The translations under genes and the position numbers were made by a program. Under the pieces are notes generated by a model. The model saw only the letters and a list, made by a program, of their open reading frames with translations, made no database searches and was not told the origin of the DNA. A stretch of DNA of 64,000 nucleotides from a virus. The stretch is from positions 1 through 64,000 of the IMG/VR virus record IMGVR_UViG_3300027969_004705. One strand, given 5' to 3'. Positions 19,016-30,900 of this stretch are shown here, piece after piece (the first letter of the stretch is position 1; every line of letters begins with the position of its first letter).

Positions 19016-20751
19016 AAAGTATAACCTACTATTCTTATTTTTGCTTCAACCATATGGTTTGGACTCATTCTTAAACCAAATACTAATTTTCCAGCATTAT
19101 CTGCTGAAAGAGGTATAAATGTTTGTGCTGTGTTTGCTTGATGGTCAAATGAACCTTGAGCCCAGCAAGAAGCTAAACCATATTCATTGTTAGTTGGACC
19201 TCCAACATTTCCACTATCTAATAAACTAGCATTTGGAGCTGCTACAATATTTAATTGAGTAGGGTTACCCCACGCATCTTTACGAACTATTGTTTCAATA
19301 ATTAAATTCTTTGCATTATATGGTACTGATGCTGCTGGTGTAACAGATAGACCAGTAACAAGAGTAGTATATACACCCATAGGGTCTGTTATTCCTGTGA
19401 TATATGGATATGCAGTAACTGCAGTACTAAACGAATAATTTGTATTAGTATTCGCTAAACCTACATCTTTTTGATATATAGTAACTGGATTTTTAAAGAA
19501 TACTATTGGTGATGTTTGATTTATAAATTCAGTATTTTGTGGTGCCAATGCTGTTATTGCACCAGCATTGGTATAGGATCCTGCTACAGATCCAGTTACT
19601 CGACCATATTGATCGAATGTAAAGTCATCAGTCCTACCTCTAACTGTACCTCCAGATCCTAGAACAGATAATCCAACAGCTAGATTACCTGTCAATGTAG
19701 ATACTGTAGATCCAGTAGATGCTACACCATTAACAGACGCAGTTAATCCATTACTAATTGTTATGGTTGACTGTACAATATTATCAGGTACCGCTTTAAT
19801 AATATACAACATACCTGTCGCGCTTAATGTACCGATATTTGTTGTTCTAGCACAAAGAGAGTATACAGTTGAACTACCCGGATCGTTTGATACACCGTAT
19901 ATTGTTTTATTAATTAAATTAGGTACATTAAAACTAGCACCACTACCGCCAAATGTTGTTTGAATGACAGCTGACAGGTAAGGATAAGTTGAACCTAATA
20001 CTGATTGACCGTTACATAGTAGCCAGCCTGTTGGAGCATTAGCAGATGATACAAACGGCATTATAGTACCTACAGGTATCTGACCTGCAGTACCTGCAAC
20101 AAATAATGTTGTATTAACTAATGACGGTTTCCATGATAAATTACCAGATATATCAGTAGTTAGTACTAACTCTGTACCAACACCACCAGTTGGCCAGTTA
20201 TAATTAATTGAATTAATAGATAAACTAGGTGGGAGGGTTAAATAAGCTGAATCATATGTAGATATGCTATTCGTCTTAATATTAGTAGAACTTAGTGATA
20301 TTTTATTGTTAAAATCTAGTTCAAGTGAGTTACCTAACGCATTTGGAGAAAAATTGCCTGCAGATAGTACACCTGCACTAATTGTATTAGTGGAAGATAT
20401 AACAATACTATTATTAGCTTTTGTATAAACGCCGCCAATTTCTTCCCAGTTTGCTAAAATAGAACTATCGCTATTTTTCAATCTATATAGCTTGTTTGTA
20501 CTTGTTGAATATGCTAAATCTCCTATTACAACATTAGATAATGCTGTAATATTTGCGACAGAGCCTTTAAAAAGATTACCTACAAGATTGCCTCCAGGAT
20601 TTTGATTATCTCCTACATATAACCGCTCTGTATCAGTAGTATAACCTAATTCACCTTCTGATAATACAACTTGCTGCCTATCTACATCGGAACCTCTACG
20701 TACAAGTAGTTTTAACAGAGTATTTTCGAGAATTTCTATTTTTTTCGCCAT
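19012..20751 (-). CDS. Tail fibre protein with Mtd-like N-terminus and tail collar domain
   Basis: RRG...L.EGELGYTTDT.RLYVGD; collar motif PVGTIMPF...PTGWLLCNGQ...YPYL..VI..TFG...FNVPNL. Confidence 0.85.
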   Translation of the reverse strand: MAKKIEILENTLLKLLVRRGSDVDRQQVVLSEGELGYTTDTERLYVGDNQNPGGNLVGNLFKGSVANITALSNVVIGDLAYSTSTNKLYRLKNSDSSILANWEEIGGVYTKANNSIVISSTNTISAGVLSAGNFSPNALGNSLELDFNNKISLSSTNIKTNSISTYDSAYLTLPPSLSINSINYNWPTGGVGTELVLTTDISGNLSWKPSLVNTTLFVAGTAGQIPVGTIMPFVSSANAPTGWLLCNGQSVLGSTYPYLSAVIQTTFGGSGASFNVPNLINKTIYGVSNDPGSSTVYSLCARTTNIGTLSATGMLYIIKAVPDNIVQSTITISNGLTASVNGVASTGSTVSTLTGNLAVGLSVLGSGGTVRGRTDDFTFDQYGRVTGSVAGSYTNAGAITALAPQNTEFINQTSPIVFFKNPVTIYQKDVGLANTNTNYSFSTAVTAYPYITGITDPMGVYTTLVTGLSVTPAASVPYNAKNLIIETIVRKDAWGNPTQLNIVAAPNASLLDSGNVGGPTNNEYGLASCWAQGSFDHQANTAQTFIPLSADNAGKLVFGLRMSPNHMVEAKIRIVGYTL

Positions 20752-20762
20752 AAAATTATATA

Positions 20763-21860
20763 TTAATATCTAAAGATGGGTATAGCTACTCTACTACCCA
20801 TAGACGTAAGTAACGACATAAATCCTGCTGAGCTTAATGTTATATTAGATGATATTGCTGGATTAGCAGGATTTGCAGACATTGCAGTTAATAATGTTTG
20901 ATTAGTAAATGTACTTTGATCTAGATATCCGTTAAATACTGATAATGGTGATCCTGCATTTTGACCAGTTAAATTTTCATATATTACTGATGTTTTACCT
21001 GTTATTTGTCCGTATGTATTATAAGATATATTATCAAATGCAGTTGTACTAGCAGCTACAATGCTTTTTAACTTAACAGCATTAGACACAAGCTCAACAG
21101 TTACATTATCTGTAGATTGTAATGTAGACACAAGCTTATTACTAGATATAGATAAGCCAGCTCCAATCATTCCACTACTTAATGTGGTTGTTGTTACAAT
21201 ACCTGATGGTAGAGCTGATAAAATAAGTTGATTAGAACCATTATAACCAAATGTAGCAGGGTCAGATTTAACTTGTATTACATTGCCACTACCGCCTTCT
21301 AAGCCTCTACCTAAAATTGAATTAGGTAGATTACTAGCATTTATAGATCCGACCGCTAATTTATATTGATTACTAGAGTTTAATACAATCGTACTATTAT
21401 CAACATTTGCAGATAAACCATTAGTCGCAGTAGCAACTAAACCTCCAGATACATAAGCTGCAGTACTTGCAAATTTACTCCCTGTTATTCCGTTATCCTT
21501 AATAACTAACTGCCCACTACCATTATATTCTAAGCCTTGTCCGCTACCAGGTAAAGGACTTATCATAGTCCATGAACCTGATAAACTATAATCAGAGCTT
21601 GTTAGTTGATACAATATATTTTGATCTTGTACTATATCGCCCAGTACAGCAGATGCGAGCGTTAATCTATAATTAGGTGCTGTACCAGGTGAGTAAGCAA
21701 TATTACCTACAATGGTGCCGCCTGTAGTTATACCATCACCAACAAATACCCGCTTTGTATCTGTTGTGTATCCTAATTCGCCCTGCTCTAATATAACACT
21801 CTGGCGTTGCGCGTTAGAGCCGCGTCTTATTTTTAACTTTACTATTGTTATATCAGGCAT
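20763..21860 (-). CDS. Tail fibre protein with Mtd-like N-terminus (paralog of the adjacent gene)
   Basis: KIRRG...LEQGELGYTTDTKRVFVGDG; beta-repeat shaft; YNTYGQITG. Confidence 0.8.
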   Translation of the reverse strand: MPDITIVKLKIRRGSNAQRQSVILEQGELGYTTDTKRVFVGDGITTGGTIVGNIAYSPGTAPNYRLTLASAVLGDIVQDQNILYQLTSSDYSLSGSWTMISPLPGSGQGLEYNGSGQLVIKDNGITGSKFASTAAYVSGGLVATATNGLSANVDNSTIVLNSSNQYKLAVGSINASNLPNSILGRGLEGGSGNVIQVKSDPATFGYNGSNQLILSALPSGIVTTTTLSSGMIGAGLSISSNKLVSTLQSTDNVTVELVSNAVKLKSIVAASTTAFDNISYNTYGQITGKTSVIYENLTGQNAGSPLSVFNGYLDQSTFTNQTLLTAMSANPANPAISSNITLSSAGFMSLLTSMGSRVAIPIFRY

Positions 21861-21884
21861 ATATTTATTATTTATTGTAAAATG

Positions 21885-22748
21885 CTAGTACACCCAACCA
21901 TCTAATGTAACATCTAGCGTTGCCTCATTATAATTACCTTGAGTAGATCCATCGAGTCTTGTTATTTTCATTTCAAACGTTGAAGCGACTAGTGAAGGTG
22001 TTGAGGATAATATGAAAAATTGAGTATTTGTATCAACCATTGTATCAACACCAAGGTCATTACGATCCTCTCTTACTCGTCCATAAGCTATCTCTTTTCC
22101 AGCTAGCATACCTGTAACTGTAAAGTCAGAAGCTCTCGACTCCATAACAAGTCTAGTTTTAATGATCGCATATCGCGGCGGTGGAGTAACTACATTATAT
22201 AGTCCCCAGCTGAATACTGCTGATGAGGTATACGTTCCTCCTTCACCTAATCCGTTTAAAATATTATTAATAGACGGATTGTTTTGATAACTAAAGAGAG
22301 ATATAGGTGTAGTTAATAACACGACTGACGGACTTGACTCAATATTAGTTATTAACCCGTTTGCTACCGTAATTTTAGGATTTACATAAACTCCATCAGG
22401 ATAAGAACTATAAACAGCATTAAATACATTACTAAATCCAGATAGAGAAAGAGTTCCAGCACTAGATCGAACTACAATATCGTTAGAGCCTCCAGTATCT
22501 ATTCTTGGCATAGCCAATTCATTGGCAACTAATGAATTTCCTTTAATAATCGCATTACTGGAGAGTAATCCTGTTATACTTGCTCCCTGATTTTGTCTGC
22601 CTAAGGATAATGCTGATACTTCACCTGAACCGTCATGAATTTTTGTTTGACCTGTAGCTGATAGAGGCACTCCTCTCGCGTGCAATACTCCTAGATACGT
22701 ATCACTAATGTTAGTATTGGTAAGTTGCGATGTGTTAATAGTTGCCAT
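21885..22748 (-). CDS. Putative tail fibre/structural protein
   Basis: ISDTYLGVLH N-terminus, ITVANGLIT fibre motif; ends LDGWVY, similar to the IVGYTL end of 19012-20751. Confidence 0.65.
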   Translation of the reverse strand: MATINTSQLTNTNISDTYLGVLHARGVPLSATGQTKIHDGSGEVSALSLGRQNQGASITGLLSSNAIIKGNSLVANELAMPRIDTGGSNDIVVRSSAGTLSLSGFSNVFNAVYSSYPDGVYVNPKITVANGLITNIESSPSVVLLTTPISLFSYQNNPSINNILNGLGEGGTYTSSAVFSWGLYNVVTPPPRYAIIKTRLVMESRASDFTVTGMLAGKEIAYGRVREDRNDLGVDTMVDTNTQFFILSSTPSLVASTFEMKITRLDGSTQGNYNEATLDVTLDGWVY

Positions 22749-22765
22749 ATAGTTATTTAATACAT

Positions 22766-24652
22766 TTAATCTATTACTAATGTACCTGATGATGTGAATA
22801 CAGGCGTAAGTTTACTTCCGTAATCAGTATTAGTTATGTTAATCAGTTCATACTGCAACTTATAAATATTAGTTAATATTCGATTTACTACTCCTAATAT
22901 ATTCTTTTCATTTTCATGGATATAATACTGATTTTGTTCTATATTCGGTAAGTCTCTTAAATCTACATTGTAGTTATAATCTGTTAATGTAAATATATTA
23001 CGAGAATCATAATTACCAGTAAATCTACCTAATAAGTTGTTTTGAATAGTTAATAGGTCACTTATAATTTTATAAACCTCTTTATTTATTGTAGAGGCTT
23101 GAATATATTCATTTGTTGATAGGGAAAAATTATTAATTCCGTAGTTTTCATAATTTTCAGCTTTAGTTACTCGTTTAAATACATAAGGCTCTTCAAAAAT
23201 ATAAATTCTTGAGGGAGTAAGCAAGATTACATTGTCATAACTTGCAGATGTCTGCATAATATTAAGACTCTTGTAACTATTACTTAAATATGCTGAATCT
23301 TCTGCATTTCCTCCTGGTGATAATTTATTCCATATAAAATTAGCAGACTTAAACGGTATTTCGACATAATTCCATATATTAGTGGTTTCAGTCGTATCAC
23401 CATCTTCCGCTAACAGTCGTTTAGCTTGATATCTGCCTACAATTTTATCAGGACGATTTTTTAAATGCTGGTAAACATTAAAGTTAGTACATATATGCCA
23501 ATAGTTATTATTACTATTAGAAAAAGCTATGTTATTAACCTTTTCATCTTGTACTAGTTTTTCTTCTAATACATATGTTTCCTGTAACTTATACTCACTA
23601 TCATAAATATAAACTTTTAATGTATCTTTATAGTAAGTTAATACATAAAGTCTATTTTCTAACTTATCAAACTCTGCTGCTGCTAAAGGTTCACTCTTAA
23701 ATCGAGGACCAGCTAACCGTAACTTATAATTAAAGTTTATACTAAATATTTTACATACATAGTTACCAGAATCATATACTAACAGATCATTATTATTACA
23801 GCATATAAAAGTAGGTGTGTTAAATCTTGACGGATCTGTACTACTACCTGTACCTCCTATTAATTCTATTAAGTTTCGTTTATTAGCTAACGCTTTATCA
23901 TTGTTATAATATCCAGCGACCTCATACTTAATAATTACATTATTAGCTGAGTCAGATATAAATACATGAGTATCATTTAAGCATATATTTTCTAGCTTAC
24001 CAAATGTTAGTTCGTTTTCTATGGTCTCTATCTTATTTGATATCTCTATATAGTTTGTTTCTACACTATTAGTAGATAAACTTACAAAGCTACTACTTGT
24101 TATACCAAATATAGTAAAAGTATCTGTATTATCATCATACTGCTTTGATACACAATGTGTAATATTACCAAGATCTATAAAATTAGGATTTTTATTAAAC
24201 CGACTCGCTTGATTGTAGTTGTCATATAGATCTAACTTTGTGGCGGAAAGCTGACTATCACCTATTCCCGATAGACCTATAAATTTAACATTATTAGAAG
24301 AAGGTAAATCGTTGTTGGGAATAAACATTCTAGAGTAAACATATGAATTATTTATGTGTAGCTTCTTTAATTTATCACTTATAAGATTATAAGTTAAATA
24401 ATCATTAGCACTTACATTTATATCATGTAATGTATAAGGTAGTGAAATTATATCTGATATTAATCTATCATAGGTTAATTCAGATGCTAATATATCTGAT
24501 GCAAATGATTGTTGAATAGTTAACGGGTAATTAGTTATATATGTGTGTATATCTCCATCATTTATCTCTACTTCACCTATATAATTCTCATTATTTAGTA
24601 AAAACTCTCCGCCATTAGTGTAGAATTTTTTGTATTTAGTATAATTTATCAT
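22766..24652 (-). CDS. Virion protein with an NHL-like beta-propeller
   Basis: VFISDSANN, RFNTPTFI, LLVYDSGN repeats. Confidence 0.6.
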   Translation of the reverse strand: MINYTKYKKFYTNGGEFLLNNENYIGEVEINDGDIHTYITNYPLTIQQSFASDILASELTYDRLISDIISLPYTLHDINVSANDYLTYNLISDKLKKLHINNSYVYSRMFIPNNDLPSSNNVKFIGLSGIGDSQLSATKLDLYDNYNQASRFNKNPNFIDLGNITHCVSKQYDDNTDTFTIFGITSSSFVSLSTNSVETNYIEISNKIETIENELTFGKLENICLNDTHVFISDSANNVIIKYEVAGYYNNDKALANKRNLIELIGGTGSSTDPSRFNTPTFICCNNNDLLVYDSGNYVCKIFSINFNYKLRLAGPRFKSEPLAAAEFDKLENRLYVLTYYKDTLKVYIYDSEYKLQETYVLEEKLVQDEKVNNIAFSNSNNNYWHICTNFNVYQHLKNRPDKIVGRYQAKRLLAEDGDTTETTNIWNYVEIPFKSANFIWNKLSPGGNAEDSAYLSNSYKSLNIMQTSASYDNVILLTPSRIYIFEEPYVFKRVTKAENYENYGINNFSLSTNEYIQASTINKEVYKIISDLLTIQNNLLGRFTGNYDSRNIFTLTDYNYNVDLRDLPNIEQNQYYIHENEKNILGVVNRILTNIYKLQYELINITNTDYGSKLTPVFTSSGTLVID

Positions 24653-27600
24653 TTAAAATCTACAAAGTTTATGTTGTTTATTGTTACTCCGATAGGTAGT
24701 AAAGAAGTTGCTTGTGCTAAAATATTATTTATGATATTATTCCGAAAATCAATATTCGTAACATTTAAATTCTTAATATATATATCAATAAGCTTGCTTG
24801 AATTAGTTTGCGAAAATTTAAAAAATCTTTCTATCTGTTCAAGATTATTACGCTGACCGGCTGGCATTGATAACACTAACTGATCAATTTTCTTGCCTAA
24901 TAAAGTAAGAGCAGCAACTGTATCATTAGATACCGGTCGATTATATATCAAAAGATTTTTTATTCTAAAATCTTTGGTATAGTAATATCCAGGCTGCCTA
25001 AGATATGTTGCGAGATCAATACCATTAAAGAATCCCGTTGTTCCAATAAATAAATCATCGTTAAATATATTTTGTATTTTATATTTACCAGGTGATACAT
25101 TTATGGTTGCATAACTAGCACCATTTACAAATAGCGTAATATTTCCTTGTACTGAATCAAATCTATATGTTAAAGTATGATATCCTGTATCAATATTAGA
25201 CGTATTAAAATTTATATTTGTATCTAATATATCTTCACTTGATAAATAATTGGTTAATGTTAATTCAAAACTAATATTTTTAGGTTTGTATATATTATTA
25301 AAGTAATTATAATTAGTTTGAGTATATCTTCTTGCTGTTAAACTGTTATATTCGCTATATTTACCTGTACTACTTAATTTAGCAAACACAACTGATGCAT
25401 TACCAGAAGTATTGTATTTAATAATATTTAAATTATTACTAGAATCTGCTATTAAGCTGGTGACATATGTATTAGTTGATGTGGATGTGTATTCTTTACC
25501 AAAATCAATATTTAAAACCTTACCTCCTGCGGATAATGCCGGTATATAAGATGAAAGAGGATAAGAAGACACAAACTGCCTTAATGTAGTATATACGCTA
25601 ATTTTATTATTATGACCTATATAGATATTTTTATTACTATCTATGTTAAAGTCGGTAATTCCTGCTTGACTAATAAGGAATACTTCTGATTCATTATTAA
25701 GTAAATTATGCTTTATAAGATTTACGTCACGTATTGTATAGAATATATAATTTGATCCATACCCTTCATACTTTAACCTCTCTCCAGGTAAATATAGTAA
25801 AGTATCATTATATCTAATTAAACTCTTTGCATAATCATACTTAGTGTCTTTATATTTAGCAAACGGTACAGCATTTGTCACAGTAGTAGGCTGTAATGTC
25901 TTAAGATTAACCTCTATACAGCTGCCTGAACTGGAAGTTAAGAATGTGATTCTATCCTTTTCTTGTAAATAATTAATATAATTATTAAGATTAGGGATTG
26001 TTTCTAATTTTATTTTATTTGCTTGAGCATTTAGCTTATATATCTCACCAGCTGAACAAACTACAAAAAAGTCTTGCAGTGGTTCGTATATAATAATATC
26101 TTTTATATCTGAACTAAATACATTTGTTGTTATTAAAGTATAATCACTATTATATACATATAATTTTTTACCACTATATGTATATATAAACGGCGTTATA
26201 ATTTGGTTATTTCTAACGCCAAATCCAGCGTTAGTTTTATTACCGAGTAGTTGAAACCCATAATCTTTATTAGGCTGAATATAAATATCGAACGATATAG
26301 TAAATTGATTAGTTTGATTTACTTCCGCTGCAATTAAATATTTGCTATAGTTTGTACCGTCATATATTACTTCTGTCTCAGTATATGCTGATTGAACATT
26401 GTTTATGTCGTATATATATGGAAACCCGCTAGCAATCGGATTACTATTATTAATAAAATTACTAATATCTGCTTCTCCTAAGCGTTCATATTTATATGAA
26501 ACATTAGGCTCGATAGCTAAAGAGCTTTTATAATCTACAATAGGAGTATCTTTATTTACATTTTCATCATAATATCTATCTACCCACATACCAGCTGATC
26601 CAGGATTATCAGCCGATAACCATGTACACATATACCTACCATTATTATTCTGAGTACTATACTTTTGATTTATATAAATTTTATCTGAAACAAGCGGAGA
26701 TGTTCCGCCTAAGCTACCATTTTGCGCAAAATCTGTATCATTTATATTAAGCTTGTCATAAGGGTATATACTCGAAGGTGCTTTAAAAAATGTATCTGTA
26801 CCATTCTGTATTATTATGTCTTTATTATAAAAAACGTAATTTAATGCTATTTTATTATTACCACCTTCTTGGTCATTACCCGTGAATATACTAGTATATT
26901 CACGGAAATCTACATCAGGATGATTTACATTACCTATAAGCATATTTGTTCCGCTTTTTATATAATTTTTCTCTGATCGTTGATTGTTTAGTGTAATATA
27001 ATTTAAATTAAAAGAACTTAAGCAAGTATTGTAATTGGTGTGTAGCAGATACTGTGACTTTAAGTCGTAAACACTTCTTTCTTCGTTAGCTATTAAATCA
27101 TTTAGACGAGCAGTATCATATGTTATCCAACTAGTTCCTGTTTTATACTGTATATCTTTATAGTTATAATCTATTTTAATTAAACTCTTAACTCTAGAAA
27201 TTGATTGACCTGCGGTAACAGTATTAAACACTAGTTTATCGCTATCATATATTAAGACACGAGTATCACCACTACTAATATTTTTATATAGAGTTAAATA
27301 TCCAATATCGTCTATTTCATACGTAAACATATCATTTCTTTCATATGTTATCGTCTGTGGATCACTTTCATAATTATAAAAACATACACTATTATTAGTA
27401 TAATTTAAATAATAATCCGCTATTCCATTATTATGCTTTATTCTGACATATTTACCGTTTATAAACTCTAATTCAAAAATAGTATTATTATCAAAAATAT
27501 TAATAGGTAGAGCATATACCCCAGCTGGTTTAATTTCATCACTATATGATGAATTACTTTGCTTAAAAGTGTATAAGTACTTATTATATTGTAAATTTCT

Positions 27601-27885
27601 AGATGAACTTAAACTAGCAAAAATTAACGACGTTGTTAATGTATTAATTGTATTTTCTTTTGTAAGTATTTTAAAAATATCACTAATATTTTTTTTACCT
27701 GTTAAATAGTGAGCTGTATAGTTGTTTATAGAACTATCATAGATTTCTGATAGTGCATCTATTTCTGTAAACTTAAAGCCTTCTTCATAAGAGATACTTC
27801 TTTGATTATAAGTAAAGAATGGGTCACTATATAGCAGCAGGCGTGTGTATATAGATGAAACGCTGTATTTTTGAAGAGTAGTCAC
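24649..27885 (-). CDS. Large virion/baseplate protein with LamG-like and propeller-like regions
   Basis: FTISFDI, YHTLTYRFD...ITLFVNG, LFIG, LLIYNRP; TAAATA 6 nt before the GTG start. Confidence 0.6.
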   Translation of the reverse strand: MTTLQKYSVSSIYTRLLLYSDPFFTYNQRSISYEEGFKFTEIDALSEIYDSSINNYTAHYLTGKKNISDIFKILTKENTINTLTTSLIFASLSSSRNLQYNKYLYTFKQSNSSYSDEIKPAGVYALPINIFDNNTIFELEFINGKYVRIKHNNGIADYYLNYTNNSVCFYNYESDPQTITYERNDMFTYEIDDIGYLTLYKNISSGDTRVLIYDSDKLVFNTVTAGQSISRVKSLIKIDYNYKDIQYKTGTSWITYDTARLNDLIANEERSVYDLKSQYLLHTNYNTCLSSFNLNYITLNNQRSEKNYIKSGTNMLIGNVNHPDVDFREYTSIFTGNDQEGGNNKIALNYVFYNKDIIIQNGTDTFFKAPSSIYPYDKLNINDTDFAQNGSLGGTSPLVSDKIYINQKYSTQNNNGRYMCTWLSADNPGSAGMWVDRYYDENVNKDTPIVDYKSSLAIEPNVSYKYERLGEADISNFINNSNPIASGFPYIYDINNVQSAYTETEVIYDGTNYSKYLIAAEVNQTNQFTISFDIYIQPNKDYGFQLLGNKTNAGFGVRNNQIITPFIYTYSGKKLYVYNSDYTLITTNVFSSDIKDIIIYEPLQDFFVVCSAGEIYKLNAQANKIKLETIPNLNNYINYLQEKDRITFLTSSSGSCIEVNLKTLQPTTVTNAVPFAKYKDTKYDYAKSLIRYNDTLLYLPGERLKYEGYGSNYIFYTIRDVNLIKHNLLNNESEVFLISQAGITDFNIDSNKNIYIGHNNKISVYTTLRQFVSSYPLSSYIPALSAGGKVLNIDFGKEYTSTSTNTYVTSLIADSSNNLNIIKYNTSGNASVVFAKLSSTGKYSEYNSLTARRYTQTNYNYFNNIYKPKNISFELTLTNYLSSEDILDTNINFNTSNIDTGYHTLTYRFDSVQGNITLFVNGASYATINVSPGKYKIQNIFNDDLFIGTTGFFNGIDLATYLRQPGYYYTKDFRIKNLLIYNRPVSNDTVAALTLLGKKIDQLVLSMPAGQRNNLEQIERFFKFSQTNSSKLIDIYIKNLNVTNIDFRNNIINNILAQATSLLPIGVTINNINFVDFK

Positions 27886-27994
27886 TTTAATTATTTAATA
27901 ACTGAGACTTAAAACACAGTATCAATCTCTACACCTACTTTTCGTCTTGTGGTTCTAGGGTTTTATATTTGTTGGATGAATTGACTATCAAACA

Positions 27995-30900
27995 TTAAAA
28001 ATTAAAAATTAAAGTAACTAATCCAGGAGCACCATCACCGCCAGCGGCACCGTCAGTGCCACCATTAGTGCCTCCACCTGCACCTGACCCGCCTATTCCA
28101 CAGTAGAGAGGACCAGTAAGGATAGCAGCAGGTGCGAAACCTCCTCCACTAGCATTAGCTGCACCTCCATTAGCAGCCCCACCATATCCAATACCACTGA
28201 GTCTAACTGTTTCAGTGGTATCTATGCTTCCTCCACCTGCACCTCCAGTAGATCCATTAGGATTAAAAGAAGTCGAAGTTCCGCTAGTGGACGCAGATAC
28301 ACCATATCCCGTGAATCCAGCATATGTGCCTGTTCCAGCGTTACTAGAAATTGAGCCTCCTATCGAAGTTGCTGATGTTCCTCCAACACCGGTATTACCA
28401 TTGTTAACACTGCTTCCGCCTTGGTTGACTCCTGCGGATATAAGAGGTGTACTACCTCGTAGTATTCCTGATGCACCACCAATAGATCCAGGATTTCCAT
28501 TAGTGTTAGCACTTAATGCTGGTATGCCCGCGCCCCCTGCACCTCCTGCTCCAACAGTAACAGTCCAAGTTCCTGCCGCAACATTTGCAGAAAAAATAGT
28601 TCTAACTGTTCGCCAGCCCCCGCCACCACCTGTTCCTCCAAGACGGTTTGTGCCGACTGCTCCCATTCTGCCACTACCGCCTCCTGCACCGCCTTGTATT
28701 GCTTCAGCCATACAAGTCACCCAGCCAGTAGGAGGAGTAATTGTAGACACACCAGACAGCACAGCAACACCTGCGTTATTGCTGGCATACTGGAAAATGT
28801 AGGTTACTGGAGATGGTGCAACCGGGGTACCATTTACGGTTATTGATGTTGCAGAAATACTTTTAGATGAAACACTATTAGAAAATGTTCCATTAACTGC
28901 TGATAATGATGTAAAGTTTGCCGTATTACTACTAATATTATTAGTTACTGTAATATTAGAAAATATACCATTAACTGCTGATAATGATGTAACTGAGAGT
29001 GATGCAAATATTGGACTACTAGAGAGTCCAAGACCTAAATTAACTCTTGCTCCAGAAGCAGTAGTTGATCCAGTACCTCCTACTGACAACGGTAATGTGG
29101 TAGATAGTGTATCTGCCATAGGTGCTACTGCTAGATTGGCTAAGCTGCCTAGCACAAGAGGTGTACCGAGCCGTGTGCTGTAATAAGCTAAGTGTTTGAC
29201 TGAAAGATTGGCTTCACCCCATCGAAGTTGATTTTGCGTACTATATGGATTTAAGCCAGAGTCAAAAGCAGCTGTTTGTAAAACGCCATTAAGCCATACT
29301 TTATGACGGTTTACTGTGTCGGTTGAGCTCCAGTCAATAACAATATCAAAGTCTGGAACCGTTCGAGCAGCGAGATTGTAGTTAATTATGTCTCCACCGG
29401 ATAAATTTCGGAAACGTACTTGTAGTGCGCTGGCAGAGTCGTAAATGGTAGGACCAGGACTATAACCTCCAGAGTCAACCATCGCAAATAATTCAACGAG
29501 ACCAGCAGAAACTGGACGACTACCGCTAAAGCGTATGGTACCGCCGCTTGAATAAAAGACTGAACTGAAAGCCGTACTAGACAAGGTACCAGAATCTGCT
29601 CCAGTATCCCACGCAGGGAATGCATTTCCGAGTAGTCCAGTTACTGGTTGAACAACAGTAGCAGTAGCAATCTTTAAGTCGTTGCCGCTTCTCCATAATG
29701 TTCCAGGTGATCCTGTACCTGGGTCGGCAGTTAGAATAGCAGCAAGTGATAGATTAATAGATGTACTAGCAAATGTTGCAGTAGTAACTCTGTTAGGTTT
29801 AATGTAGACGGGCTTATCAGCACCTGTTCCGATACATAAGCTATCCGTTGCTCCAGATCCTTCAATTATGGAATTGCTTCCTGCGTTGCTAAATAACTGG
29901 AACAAATTATCATATGAACCAAATAACGGGTAGGTATTTATGGTAGTATTTGTAGGAACTGAGGTTCCGGTCTGTAATGTAAGTGTTTGCGGAGCGGCTA
30001 TTGTTATATTAGAAGTTTCGCTTTTTACAACACCTGCATTAATAAAAGTAACTCGATTATCAAGTCGTGCAACCCACGAATATCTGCCCGTAACTAGTGA
30101 ATCCTTATTGCCTAATATAGTCTGTCCTGTTCCCCTATCAACAAAAGCATATGACGTAAAAGCAACATCTAACCCTAATTCATAATTATCAGTTCCGGTT
30201 ACTATTACGCCAGTATTATTTCCTGGTAGATACTGCCCACCACTAATATATGTACCGCTTCCAGATACGCCAGATAATGCAAATCTATTAAAATCTATAG
30301 CACTAATAGCTACATTAGTCACATTCGCATTAGGAATTCCAGTAACACCAAAAATGGTCACTTTGTCGCCAGTAGATCTTCCATGACCGGTATACTCTAA
30401 ACCAGCGGGTATGTCTGAAGTTATGATGATAGGATTACCACTAGTAACATTAGTTATAGTTCTTAAATATTTAGAAGTACTTGTTATTGGCATAAATACC
30501 CCTGTACAATTTTTAAGTCTTACACCAGTAGACACTTCTTCTGCTTGGAATGCATTAATATTAATACCTCTACAATTTTCAGCATATAGAGAAGGATAAT
30601 AGTCGCCATCACTATCTTTTGCCCATTGATTATTGTTAATAAAAGAACAGACTACCTGCTTTGCTGCAAAACTATAACAAGTATTTAGACTTATTCCAGG
30701 TCCACGAGTAACTCCTTCAACATTCAAGTAGCCTACATCGACAGAACCACCGTTGATATCGGTTACAAAACCTCTTAGACCGCATTCATAAATCCCTAAA
30801 AATCCAATTGTACCTCTTTGCGCACATGAAAATCTTAATCCACTACTATAAGGGTTATTATTATTGTATCCATTAACAAGAGATCTATTTCCACTAATAC

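Noticed and set aside
19012-21860. Diversity-generating retroelement suggested by Mtd-like N-termini
   Set aside because: No reverse transcriptase and no TR/VR repeat pair seen in the window.
27898-27995. Possible small ORF or ncRNA after the tailspike
   Set aside because: The coupled ATG gives only 10 codons (MFDSQFIQQI); no convincing structure; at most a gene remnant.
28215-28802. 195 aa Pro-rich + strand ORF
   Set aside because: Antisense shadow of the Gly-rich codons of the tailspike; no promoter motif.
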